This document shows, piece after piece, positions 19,430 through 29,107 of a DNA stretch of 64,000 nucleotides; the stretch's first letter is position 1, and each line of letters begins with the position of its first letter. The notes under the pieces are model-generated. The model saw only the letters and a list, made by a program, of their open reading frames with translations. It made no database searches and was not told the origin of the DNA. A program made the translations under genes and the position numbers. Source of the stretch: an uncultured Candidatus Rokubacteria bacterium (GTDB lineage Bacteria > Methylomirabilota > Methylomirabilia > Rokubacteriales > CSP1-6); assembly GCA_963771355.1 (NCBI GenBank), contig CAVYTA010000004.1:64001-128000 (forward strand). Reading direction: 5' to 3'.

Positions 19430-20352
19430 AGCACTGGACCCGCTGGTTCCCTCCCGCGCTCGCGCTCACCCTCCTCGTCCTCTCCGTGTACCCCCTCTGG
19501 GCCACCGGGTACGGGGTGCGGGCGATGCTCCAGCTCTTCATGTGGATCGCGCTGGCCCAGTCCTGGAACCTCATCTCCGGGCTCACCGGCTACGTGTCCT
19601 TCGGGCACGTGGCCTTCTTCGGCATGGGCTCCTACACCACCGCCATTCTCGTGGTGAAGGGCATGGCCTGGCCCCTGGCCGCGGTGGCCGGTGGCGTGAT
19701 GGCGGTGGTGCTGGCCTTCGTGATCGGCTGGCCCTGCCTCCGTCTCAAGGGCCCCTACTTCGCCATCGCCATGCTGGGGCTCAACGAGGTGCTCCGCGTG
19801 ATGGCCTCCTACTTCGAGGGGCTCACCGGGGGCGGGCTCGGGCTGTCCCTGCCCACGCTCGACGCGAGCGTGCGCATCTACTACGCGATGGGGCTGGTCG
19901 CGATGGCGGTCACCGCCCTCACCTACCTCATCGTGACCTCGCGCTTCGGGCTGCGGCTCATGACCATCCGCGAGGACGAGGTGGCGGCCGAGGCCATGGG
20001 CATCAACACCTTCCGGTACAAGATCTACGCCTTTCTTCTCTCCGCCGCCGCGCCCGGTATCGTGGGCGGGCTGGCCGCGCGGGACATGGGCTACATCGAG
20101 CCCATCTCCGTCTTCCCGCTGGTGACCACCATCACCATGATCGTGATGGTGCTCTTCGGCGGGAAGGGGACCATCTGGGGGCCGGTGCTGGGCGCCGTCA
20201 TCCTCTTCACCTTCCAGGAGCTGGTGTGGGCGCATTTCCCCCACGCCCATCAGGTGCTGCTGGGCGCCATCATCGTGACGGTGGTGCTGGTGATGCCGCG
20301 CGGGATCCTGGGGGTGCTCCAGCAGAAATACAATCTGCCCCGGACGGTGTGA
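19426..20352 (+). CDS. livM: ABC permease (LivM-like)
   Basis: WNLISGLTGYVSFGH; IREDEVAAEAMG; GTGA overlap. Confidence 0.9.
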   Translation: MKHWTRWFPPALALTLLVLSVYPLWATGYGVRAMLQLFMWIALAQSWNLISGLTGYVSFGHVAFFGMGSYTTAILVVKGMAWPLAAVAGGVMAVVLAFVIGWPCLRLKGPYFAIAMLGLNEVLRVMASYFEGLTGGGLGLSLPTLDASVRIYYAMGLVAMAVTALTYLIVTSRFGLRLMTIREDEVAAEAMGINTFRYKIYAFLLSAAAPGIVGGLAARDMGYIEPISVFPLVTTITMIVMVLFGGKGTIWGPVLGAVILFTFQELVWAHFPHAHQVLLGAIIVTVVLVMPRGILGVLQQKYNLPRTV

Positions 20353-20355
20353 GTC

Positions 20356-21060
20356 GTGGCCCCCATCCTGCAGGTCAAGAACCTGGTGAAGCGGTTCGGC
20401 GGCGTCACCGCCGTCAACCGCGTCTCCCTCTCACTGGAGGCGGGCAAGATCTACGGGCTGATCGGGCCCAACGGCTCGGGCAAGACCACGCTCTTCAACT
20501 GCATCACGGGGATCGAGGAGCTCGATTCGGGAGGGGTGGGGTTCAAGGGCCGACGGATCGACGGGCTCAAGCCGCACCAGATCTTCCACCGGGGCATCGG
20601 GCGCACCTTCCAGATCATCCGGGTGTTTCCCGAGCTGACCGCGCTGGAGAACCTCCTCGTCGTGACCACGGGCGATTTCGGGCCGGCGCGCCAGCGGGCC
20701 GAGGAGCTGCTCCGCTTCGTGAAGCTCGAGGGGCTCGCCGACGAGTACGCGGGGAATCTCTCCTACGGCCAGCAGAAGCTGGTGGAGTTCATCCGCGTGC
20801 TCATGACCGATCCGGAGCTGATCCTGCTCGACGAGCCGGCGGCGGGCGTGAACCGGACCCTGCTCAACGAGCTGCTGGAGGCGGTGAAGGCGCTGCGCGA
20901 CCGGGGCAAGACCATCTTCCTCGTGGAGCACGACATGAAGGTGGTGATGGGCCTCTGCGAGACCGTGTTCGTGCTCGACCATGGAGAGAAGCTGGCGGAA
21001 GGGCCGCCCGGCGTGATCCAGGCCGACGAGCGGGTGATTGAAGCCTATTTTGGCCGCTAG
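20356..21060 (+). CDS. livG: ABC ATP-binding protein (LivG-like)
   Basis: GPNGSGKTT, LSYGQQK, LDEPAAG, EHDM. Confidence 0.92.
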   Translation: MAPILQVKNLVKRFGGVTAVNRVSLSLEAGKIYGLIGPNGSGKTTLFNCITGIEELDSGGVGFKGRRIDGLKPHQIFHRGIGRTFQIIRVFPELTALENLLVVTTGDFGPARQRAEELLRFVKLEGLADEYAGNLSYGQQKLVEFIRVLMTDPELILLDEPAAGVNRTLLNELLEAVKALRDRGKTIFLVEHDMKVVMGLCETVFVLDHGEKLAEGPPGVIQADERVIEAYFGR

Positions 21061-22501
21061 CGCGCTGCTGGCGGGCGCTCTGGCCGCCCGCTCGCTCGGC
21101 TGGCCGCTCATCCACGACGCGCCGCTGTTCCACTACGTGGCGTGGCTGATGGGGCAGGGACTCGTGCCCTATCGGGACATCTTCGACATGAACCTCCCCG
21201 GCGTGTATCTCCTGCACTGGGCGGTCCTGGCGACGGTGGGAGCGGGTGATCTGGCCTGGCGCCTCGTCGACCTCGGCTGGCTCGCCGCCACCGCAGCCCT
21301 GCTCTTCGCCTTCTGCCGGCCGCTGGGGGGCGGCGTGGGCGCCGCCGGCGCGGCGCTGCTCTTCGTCCTGTATCACCTTGCCGGCGGCGCCTGGCATGTC
21401 GGCCAGCGTGACTTCCTCCTGTGCCTCTTCCTCGGCGCCGGCGCGTGCGGGATCGCGCGGGCCTGGGACCGCGGAGGCTCGCGGCTGGCGCTGCTCTGCG
21501 GGGGCGCGGCCCTGGGCGCGGGACTCACGGTCAAGCCCTATGCGGTCGGGCTCTTCTGGCTGGGGAGCGCGGCGGCGGGCGCCGCGGCCGCGCGGCGGGC
21601 CGGCCGCGCGGCCTTGCCGGGCGCGGTCGCCGTCCTCGGCGCCGGGCTCGCCGTGCCGGCCCTGGTATTCGGCTGGCTCGGCGCGCGGGGCGGCCTCGGC
21701 GCCTTCTGGGACACGCTCATGGGCTATGTCATCCCGTTCTATAGCCACCTCGGCCGCGAGCCGATCTGGACCTCGCTGAGCGGGCACGCGTACGGCCGGA
21801 CTCTCCTCGCGCTCCTCGGCGTGCTCGCGCTCTGGGGTCTGCTGGTGCCCGCGGCGCCCTCGTTCGGGATACGGCGGCATCTGGCCGCCCTGGGCGTGGT
21901 AGCAGGGGCCCTGCACTTCATGCTGCAGGGCAAGGGCTGGGAGTATCATCTCTACCCGCTCGCGTTCTTCCTCTGCGCCCTGGCCGCGCCCGCGGGCGAG
22001 GCGCCCGCCGCCGCCATCCCGCGGACGCGCGCGCTCGCCCGCGCTGTCCTTGCCGCCACCGCGCTGGTGCTGGCCGCCAAGGGCGTGGAGGCGATGGACG
22101 CGGGCTGGATCGAGGCCAAGGCCCGGCGCGTGGCCGCCATCACGCGGGACCTCGGGCCCCTGGTTACCGCCGGCGGCACCGCCCAGGTGCTGGACGTGAC
22201 GGAGGGCGGTATCCACGCGCTCCTGCGGCTCGGGCTCCGCCAGCCCACCCGCTTCCTCTACGACTTCCACTTCTTCCACGACGAGACCGCTCCGCGTATC
22301 CAGGCGCTCCGCGCGGAGCTCGTGAGGGGGCTCGAGCGGGGCCGGCCCGCCGCGGTGGTGGTGCTGCGTGATTCGTGGCTGGAGCAGGGCTATGATCGGC
22401 TCGATCGGTTCCCCGAGCTGCGAGACCTTCTTGCGCGCGACTACGTGCTGGCCGTCCAGCGCGACGACTACCGGATCTATGCGAAACGAAGCGGTTCATA
22501 G
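21038..22501 (+). CDS. Polytopic membrane protein, probable GT-C glycosyltransferase
   Basis: HDAPLFHY...PYRDIFDMNLPG N-terminal loop, many TM segments, VKP, YHLYP. Confidence 0.7.
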   Translation: MKPILAASALLAGALAARSLGWPLIHDAPLFHYVAWLMGQGLVPYRDIFDMNLPGVYLLHWAVLATVGAGDLAWRLVDLGWLAATAALLFAFCRPLGGGVGAAGAALLFVLYHLAGGAWHVGQRDFLLCLFLGAGACGIARAWDRGGSRLALLCGGAALGAGLTVKPYAVGLFWLGSAAAGAAAARRAGRAALPGAVAVLGAGLAVPALVFGWLGARGGLGAFWDTLMGYVIPFYSHLGREPIWTSLSGHAYGRTLLALLGVLALWGLLVPAAPSFGIRRHLAALGVVAGALHFMLQGKGWEYHLYPLAFFLCALAAPAGEAPAAAIPRTRALARAVLAATALVLAAKGVEAMDAGWIEAKARRVAAITRDLGPLVTAGGTAQVLDVTEGGIHALLRLGLRQPTRFLYDFHFFHDETAPRIQALRAELVRGLERGRPAAVVVLRDSWLEQGYDRLDRFPELRDLLARDYVLAVQRDDYRIYAKRSGS

Positions 22502-23126
22502 TGTCATCCGCGCCTACGACGACTGGATCGTCCGGGCGTACTGCTGGGGACGCTTCGGCATCCTGCGCCAGCGCTTCCTGGACGAGATCGGCCAGTATCT
22601 GCCCGCGCGGGGCCGGGTGCTCGACGTGGGCTGCGGCTTCGGGCTCTTCTCGCTCTACTACGCCACCACGCGGCCGGGCCTCACCCTCGAGGGGCTGGAC
22701 CGCAATGCGCGCCGCATCGAGATGGCGCGGGCGGCGGCGGCGCGCCTCGGTCTCGCCAACGTTCGCTACGAAGTGGACGACGCCCGGCAATTCCGGGCCG
22801 GCGGCATCTATGACGCCGCGTACATGCTCGACATCGTCCACCACATCCCGCCCGAGACGGTGAAGCCGCTGCTCGAGCAGCTCGCCAAGGCGCTGCCCGC
22901 GGGCGCCCCGCTCCTCGTCAAGGACGTGGACAGCCGCCCCGCGTGGAAACGCTGGTTCACCCATGCGCTCGACCTGGCCATGGACCCGCGCACGCCGGTG
23001 CACTACTGGCCTGCGGAGGAGCTCAACGGCCTGTTGGAGGACGTGGGCTTCCGCGTCCGCCGCCACCTCATGGTGGACTTCCTCCCGTACCCGCACATCC
23101 TCTACATCGCCGAGCGCCGGCCGTGA
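22479..23126 (+). CDS. Class I SAM-dependent methyltransferase
   Basis: VLDVGCGFG, DIVHHIP. Confidence 0.9.
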   Translation: MRNEAVHSVIRAYDDWIVRAYCWGRFGILRQRFLDEIGQYLPARGRVLDVGCGFGLFSLYYATTRPGLTLEGLDRNARRIEMARAAAARLGLANVRYEVDDARQFRAGGIYDAAYMLDIVHHIPPETVKPLLEQLAKALPAGAPLLVKDVDSRPAWKRWFTHALDLAMDPRTPVHYWPAEELNGLLEDVGFRVRRHLMVDFLPYPHILYIAERRP

Positions 23127-23839
23127 TCTCGACCCTGCTTCGCGCCGAGGCGCTGACCGCCGGCTACGGCAAGATGCCCATTCTCCACGAGGTGAGCCTC
23201 ATCATCGCGCCGGGCGAGCTGGTGGCGGTGATCGGGCCCAATGGCGCCGGCAAGTCCACCGCCTTCAAGGTGATCGTGGGCTTCCTCAAGCCGACCCAAG
23301 GCCGGGTGCTCTTCGACGGCGACGACATCACCGGCCGCCGGCCCGATCAGGTGCTCCGCCGCGGCCTGGCCTATGTCCCCCAGGGCCGGATCGTGTTTCC
23401 GCAGATGACGGTCCTCGAGAACCTCGAAATGGGGGGCTATATCGAGCGCAATCCGGCTCGGATCCGGGAGGCGCTGGAGCGCGTCTACGCGCTCTTCCCC
23501 ATCCTGGCCGAGCGGCGGCGTCAGAAGGCCGGCACCATGTCGGGGGGCGAGCAGCAGATGGTGGCGATCGGCCGGGCGCTCATGACCACGCCCAAGCTGG
23601 TGCTCCTGGACGAGCCGTCGCTGGGGCTGTCACCCAAGTACGTGTCGCTCATCTTCGAGAAGCTCGTGGAGATGAAGCGGGCCGGCTATACCCTCATGCT
23701 CGTGGAGCAGAATGCCGCCAAGGCCCTGTCCGTGGCCGACCGCGCCTATGTCCTCGAGCTGGGCCGGAACCGCTTCGAAGGATCCGGCCGATCCCTGCTG
23801 GCCGACCCCGAGGTCAAGCGCCTTTACCTCGGCGGGTGA
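23123..23839 (+). CDS. livF: ABC ATP-binding protein (LivF-like)
   Basis: GPNGAGKST, MSGGEQQM, LDEPSLGLSP; GTGA overlap with the methyltransferase. Confidence 0.92.
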   Translation: MISTLLRAEALTAGYGKMPILHEVSLIIAPGELVAVIGPNGAGKSTAFKVIVGFLKPTQGRVLFDGDDITGRRPDQVLRRGLAYVPQGRIVFPQMTVLENLEMGGYIERNPARIREALERVYALFPILAERRRQKAGTMSGGEQQMVAIGRALMTTPKLVLLDEPSLGLSPKYVSLIFEKLVEMKRAGYTLMLVEQNAAKALSVADRAYVLELGRNRFEGSGRSLLADPEVKRLYLGG

Positions 23840-23859
23840 ATTAAAGTACAATCCGCGCC

Positions 23860-24871
23860 ATGCGCCTGGCCCGCCCCGCCCTCGCCGCCGCCGTCGTCGC
23901 CGCCGGAATCGCGCTGGGATTCCTCGGCTGGTCCCAGAATTCGACGGCCAAGAGCGCGGCCGAGCCCGCGAAGGAGCGGCCACGCGAAAGCCAATGTCCA
24001 CGTCGCGTCCGGTCAGAAGGTGTACGCGCAGTACTGCGCCACCTGCCACGGCGACAAGGGCCTGGGCGATGGCCCCGGCGGCGAGAACCTGGCCATCAAG
24101 CCGCAGAACCTCGCCGACGGGCGGATCCTCAACGCGCTGCCCGACCACATGCTGATCCGCGCCGTCGCGGAGGGGCCGCAATCCATCGGCCTCTCCAACC
24201 TGATGCCGCCCTTCAAGCCGACCTTGTCCGATGCCCAGATCTCGGACGTGGTGGCCTATATCCGCACCTTCGCCGAGCCCGCCTACGATCCCACGCAGGT
24301 CCTGCCGGTGCCGGTCAAGCGTGAGGGGCCGGTGCAGCCCATCTTCTTCAGCCACGTCATCCACGCGGGCGCGTTCAAGATCGACTGCCAGTACTGCCAC
24401 ACCGGCGCGCGGCGCTCGAGCGCGGCGGGGCTGCCCTCGGTGGAGCGCTGCATGGGCTGTCACAAGATCGTGGCCGCCCAGGGCAATCCCGAAGTCCAGA
24501 AGCTGCACGGCTACTGGGAGCGCAAGGAGCCCATCCCCTGGGTCCGGGTGTTCAAGGTGCCCGAGCACGCCCGGTTCGTGCACAAGAATCACATCCAGGC
24601 GGGCCTGCCCTGCCAGACGTGCCACGGCCGCATCGAGGCGATGGAGCAAGTGGCGGCGCCGGTGACGGGGCAGAGCACCATCAACGATCTGATGAACCTC
24701 GCGCTGGTGCCGACCGCGCCCAACCCCCTGTCCATGGGCTGGTGCGTGGAGTGCCATCGCGCCGCCAACGGCGGTCAGCTTGCCAGCCTCACCTGGCTGC
24801 CCAAGCCCCTGCCGAAGCTCTCCAAGGAAAAGTTCGCCGCGCCGCTCGAGTGCGTGACCTGCCATCACTGA
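23860..24871 (+). CDS. Six-heme c-type cytochrome (N-terminal monoheme plus ActA-like pentaheme domain), frameshift near 23980
   Basis: CATCH, CQYCH, CMGCH, CQTCH, CVECH, CVTCH; ActA-like PVQPIFFSH..H, PIPWVRV, F.HK.HI, LSMGWCVECH; signal peptide in the 23860 frame. Confidence 0.85.
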
Positions 24872-24872
24872 A

Positions 24873-24895
24873 TCAACATGCTTTTCGCATGTTGA
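24873..24895. terminator. AT-richer hairpin directly after the cytochrome stop (terminator or operator)
   Basis: TCAACATGC-TTTTC-GCATGTTGA. Confidence 0.45.
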
Positions 24896-25021
24896 CCGTG
24901 GTCTAACCTTATCGCGTCAACCCGCGTATAGCCGCCAACCTGGCTGTCACGAGCACGTTTGTGTCGTTGAGCCCGCCGCCGTCCCCCTCATCTGATTTCT
25001 TCTTCCCCGGTTGCTTCCACT

Positions 25022-26291
25022 CCGCCTGAGCGCGCGCGAGCGGTCTTTCCTGCTGGATCGCTGGGTGAGTACAACCTTCCTCCGGATCTCTCCGTCGTTC
25101 TTACTCGGGGTGAAGGTGTCACGGTGTGGGACACCGGGGGACGCGCGTTCACCGATTTCACCATGGGGTGGGGGTCGGTGCTCCTTGGCCATGCGCATCC
25201 GGCGGTGACGGCGGCGGCGGTGGCGCAGGCGGGGCGCGGGTCGAACTTCGCCTATGTGAGCGAGCCGGCGCTGATGCTGGCGGAGGAGATTGTGCGGGCG
25301 GTCGGCTGCGCGGAGCGCGTGCGCTTCTGCGCGTCCGGGTACCGAGGCCACCGCGTATGCGGTGCGGCTGGCGCGGGCCTTCACGGGGCGGCCGCGGGTG
25401 CTCAAGTTCGAGGGGGCGTATCACGGGGCCAACGAGGTGGGCACGGTGAGCCTCTTCCCGTCGCGGCTGCTGGACTTTCCCGCCGGCGAGCCGACCTCGG
25501 CCGGGGTGACGCCGGGCGCGGTGGCGGACGTCCTGGTGGCGCCGTACAACGATCTCGCCGCGACGATCCGGATCGTGGAGGCTCATCGTGACGAGCTCGC
25601 CGGCATCATCGTGGAGCCCCTGCATCGCTGCACGCCACCCCGCCCGGGATTTCTCCAGGGGCTGCGCGAGCTGACGGCGGAGGGGGGTCATCTCCTGATC
25701 TTCGACGAGACCGTCACCGGCTTCCGTCTCGCCTACGGCGGCGCGGAAGAGTACTACGGCGTGCGGCCCGACCTCGCCTGCCTGGGCAAGGCCCTCGGCG
25801 GCGGCTATCCCATCGGCGCGGTGGCGGGCCGGAGCGAGGTGATGGATCTGGTCCGCGAGGATCGCCTGGGCGACGGGCGCTATGTCTGGTGGGCGTCGAG
25901 CCTCGGCGGTAATCCGGTGTCCAGCGCAGCGGGGGCGGCCACGCTGGGCGAGCTGCGGAAGTCGGGCGTGTATCCCCGCCTCTTCGCGCTCGGCGAGACG
26001 CTCCGGAGCGGGCTCCGCCGGGTGCTCGCGGCCGCGGGCGTGGTGGGCCACGTCCAGGGCGACGGCCCGCTCGCCGCGGTGGTGTTTACGGACCGCGAGG
26101 TGGTGGACTACCGCAGCGCGTTCGCGTCGGACCGGCAGCGGGCCCGCGCCTTCCTGCTCGGGCTCTTCCGGCGGGGGATCTTTCTCAACCCGATGTCCAC
26201 CAAGTTCTATCTCTCGCTCGCCCACGACGAGAGCCACATCGCGCGCTTCCTGGAGGCGGCCGGCGCCGCCCTCCGCGATCCCGTGAGCTAG
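25022..26291 (+). CDS. Class III PLP aminotransferase (glutamate-1-semialdehyde aminomutase-like); frameshift ~25338, start codon not resolved
   Basis: RARAVFPAGSLG..RGEG..WD..G..DF.MGWG..LLGH, then SGTEA, KFEGAYHG, FDETVTGFR, GKALGGG. Confidence 0.8.
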
Positions 26292-26295
26292 CGGC

Positions 26296-27672
26296 TCAGA
26301 GAATCGCGGTGAAGCTGCGCAGATCGGGGCAACCGTCCAGCCCCTCGACCATCTCGCGCACCATCGAGACGCGCTCGGGCGGCAGCGCGATGGCCCCGCA
26401 CTCCTCGAACTTCTCGCGCAGCGCGGTCGCGCTCAGCGGATTGGCGGGATGTCCGGGCACCTGGCGCGGCCCGATCTCGAGCGTGCGTCCGTCGGTGAGG
26501 TGCACCCGCACGCGCGTCCACATGTGGCGCTCGTGGTCGCCGTCGATCGACGGGTCCACCACCATCTTCACCCGCGACATGAGCCCGCGGATGGCCGGAT
26601 CCTGCACCTTGGCGTCGGTGAACGTCTGGAGGCCCAGGTGCTCCTCCACCAGCGCGGCCGCCGCCGCGAACACGCCCGAGAACTTGCCCTCGAGCCCGGT
26701 GCGCGGCCGGTCGTGGATGAGGATGTTCGGCACCGAGGCATGCACGCCCACCGTGACCTCGCGGATGTCGTCGGGGCGCAGCCGGTGGCGCTCGCGCAGC
26801 TCACGCGCGCCGTCGATGATGGAGTGGGTGCACGCGCACGAGGGATAGGGCTTCACCGCCACGCCGGTGGTGAGGATCTTCCAGGGTCGGCCCAGGGTGG
26901 CGAGGTGCTCGAGACGCAGGTCGCCCGCGCCCAGCACCGCGAAGAAACCCTGCGGTCCCTCGATCGCCTGCTCGGACGCCGTCCAGCCCTCGCGCGCCAT
27001 GAGGGCGGCGAGCACGCCGCTGCGCGCGGCATGGCCGGCGTGGAACGGCTTGGTCATGGTGCCGAAGTTTTCCTTGAGCCCGGAGGCCTGCGAGGCGGCG
27101 ACGGCGAGGGCGACCCGCGTCTGCGCCGCGTCCAGCCCGAGGAGGTGCGCCGCCGCCGCGGCCGCACCGAGCGTGCCGAGCGTACAGGTGGCGTGCCAGC
27201 CCCGGTAGTAATGCGGGGGATTCACCACCTCGGCCAGCGTCGTTTCCACCTCGAAGCCGAGGAGGAAGGCGTGGACGAGGCTGCGCCCGTCGGCCAGGGC
27301 CAGCTCGCCGGCGGCGAGCGCGGCGGACAGGACGGGTGCCGACGGATGCCCCATCATGGCAAAGTTGGTGTCGTCGTAGTCGAGCGCGTGGGCGGCGGTG
27401 CCGTTGGCGAGCGCGGCCCACGTAGCACCGGTGCGTCGGCCGGTGCCGACCACGGTGGCCAGCGGCGTGCCGCCTTCCATCTCCGCGATCCGCTGGATGA
27501 TGCGGGCAGGGGGCTCCACGGAGCCGGCCAGCATGACGCCGAGGCAGTCGAGGATGGCGCGCCGGGCCGCCTCCACCGCTTCCGGGGGGCAGTCCTCCCA
27601 CCGGCTCTTGACGAGGAACTCGGCGACGCCGGCGGTGGCGCGGGACCCGACGAGGGCGGCGGTGTCGGTCAT
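26296..27672 (-). CDS. MmgE/PrpD family protein
   Basis: NGTAAHALDYDD, GHPS, GWH, TKPFHAG, KPYPSC. Confidence 0.92.
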   Translation of the reverse strand: MTDTAALVGSRATAGVAEFLVKSRWEDCPPEAVEAARRAILDCLGVMLAGSVEPPARIIQRIAEMEGGTPLATVVGTGRRTGATWAALANGTAAHALDYDDTNFAMMGHPSAPVLSAALAAGELALADGRSLVHAFLLGFEVETTLAEVVNPPHYYRGWHATCTLGTLGAAAAAAHLLGLDAAQTRVALAVAASQASGLKENFGTMTKPFHAGHAARSGVLAALMAREGWTASEQAIEGPQGFFAVLGAGDLRLEHLATLGRPWKILTTGVAVKPYPSCACTHSIIDGARELRERHRLRPDDIREVTVGVHASVPNILIHDRPRTGLEGKFSGVFAAAAALVEEHLGLQTFTDAKVQDPAIRGLMSRVKMVVDPSIDGDHERHMWTRVRVHLTDGRTLEIGPRQVPGHPANPLSATALREKFEECGAIALPPERVSMVREMVEGLDGCPDLRSFTAIL

Positions 27673-27742
27673 GGTGCGTACGAGGGTAGCCTCCGGGGGC
27701 GCCGTGGTCAATGACGGGTCCGCGGGGTATCATCGGCCTTCC

Positions 27743-29101
27743 ATGGTGCTCTCGCTGCCACGGCTTCTCGCGATCGGCGCCACCGTCCTCGTCCTCCTCC
27801 TCGCCGCGGCGCCGGCGTCTGCCCAGCTCTTCTTCTCCACCCAGCCCAATACGGGCTTCCACGTCGGCCCGCTCATCGTGCGCGCCAACGTCAACCCGGG
27901 CGATCCGGTGGCGCACGTCAACGTGCTCTGGAGCATGGTGCCCCCGCCCACGCGAACGGCCGGGGCGGCGCCTCAGGATTTCTATCTGCTCTGGCCGGGC
28001 GAGGTGACCAGCGAGGCCGCGCCGGGCCGGTCGGATCCGGAGATGGCGCGGATGGTGACCGGGCTGGGCTTCGAGGTGATCGCGGAAGGACGGCTCCCAC
28101 TCTACGCGCAGAGACTGGCCGATCCCGAGGGGGCGACCAAGGCGGAACCGGTGCCCGGCGGAGTCCCCTTCGTCACCTTCGTGCAGTACGGCGGGGCGCT
28201 GGGGCTCTCCCCGCCCGCCACCTGGATCCGCATTCCCTGGTCGTCGCGCCTGCCGGACCCGCGCTGGCTCATGGATCTGCGCTTCCGCAGCCCCTCGCTG
28301 GTCAAGCCCAAGAAGGCCTCCTGGGTGGAGGCGCTGGTGCTCGGCGAGAAGTACCTCATCTCGATCAGCTTCAACGAGGTGCGCGACCGCCCGATGTTCC
28401 AGATGTACTTCGCCAACCGCGACCGCGCGGTGCGGCTGGCCGATGCCCCCGCCGAGCTCGCGGTGAACTTTTCCCACTCGGACGAGCTGAAGATCGACGA
28501 GGTATTCCCGCGCAATACCATCCGCCGGATCTCCGAGACGCTCGAGAGCACCGAGGTGGTGTCGCTCTTTCTCGACACCACGGAAGGCATCTCGCCGCAG
28601 CAGGTGACGGTGCAGTACGGCTATTTCTCGCGGCTGCAGGCGGCGGCGCTGGTGGCACTGCCTGCCATATTCCTCGCCCTTGGTTACGCGGTCGGCCCCG
28701 CGCTGGCCCGCGTGGCCGCCTTCGTGGGCGGCCGGATGGTGGCCAATGTGCGGCTGGGGGGCTGGAACCGTGTCCCCAGCGGCCGCGAGACCGGCACCAT
28801 CGTCCCCCCGGAGGTGGTGAGCCAGATCATCCCCGGCAAGACCACGCGGGCCGAAGTGCTCGCGCTCTGCGGGCCCGATCCGGAGCAGTACGACCGCTTC
28901 GCGCCGGAGCGGCGCCGGACCCTGATCTATCGCGGCAAGCGGACGCGGCCCAGCGCGGGGCGCGTATTCGGGTGGTTCTTCACGGTCCGGCACGTCGAGG
29001 TGGAGGAGCACGTGGTCACCATCGAGCTGGACGGTGACCAGGTCCGCGACGTGCAGGCCGACGTGCGCCGTTCCCGGCTGCACGTCGGCGAGCCCGCCTG
29101 A
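27743..29101 (+). CDS. Hypothetical exported membrane protein with a C-terminal BamE/SmpA-like domain
   Basis: Signal peptide (..APASA-Q), long soluble domain, TM segment, then IIPGKTTRAEVLALCGPDP. Confidence 0.6.
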   Translation: MVLSLPRLLAIGATVLVLLLAAAPASAQLFFSTQPNTGFHVGPLIVRANVNPGDPVAHVNVLWSMVPPPTRTAGAAPQDFYLLWPGEVTSEAAPGRSDPEMARMVTGLGFEVIAEGRLPLYAQRLADPEGATKAEPVPGGVPFVTFVQYGGALGLSPPATWIRIPWSSRLPDPRWLMDLRFRSPSLVKPKKASWVEALVLGEKYLISISFNEVRDRPMFQMYFANRDRAVRLADAPAELAVNFSHSDELKIDEVFPRNTIRRISETLESTEVVSLFLDTTEGISPQQVTVQYGYFSRLQAAALVALPAIFLALGYAVGPALARVAAFVGGRMVANVRLGGWNRVPSGRETGTIVPPEVVSQIIPGKTTRAEVLALCGPDPEQYDRFAPERRRTLIYRGKRTRPSAGRVFGWFFTVRHVEVEEHVVTIELDGDQVRDVQADVRRSRLHVGEPA

Positions 29102-29107
29102 GGGTTT

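Noticed and set aside
13764..29083. Long antisense or alternate-frame ORFs (e.g. 13764-16244, 16997-19129, 26801-29083)
   Set aside because: Typical high-GC shadow ORFs overlapping well-supported genes; no recognisable motifs.
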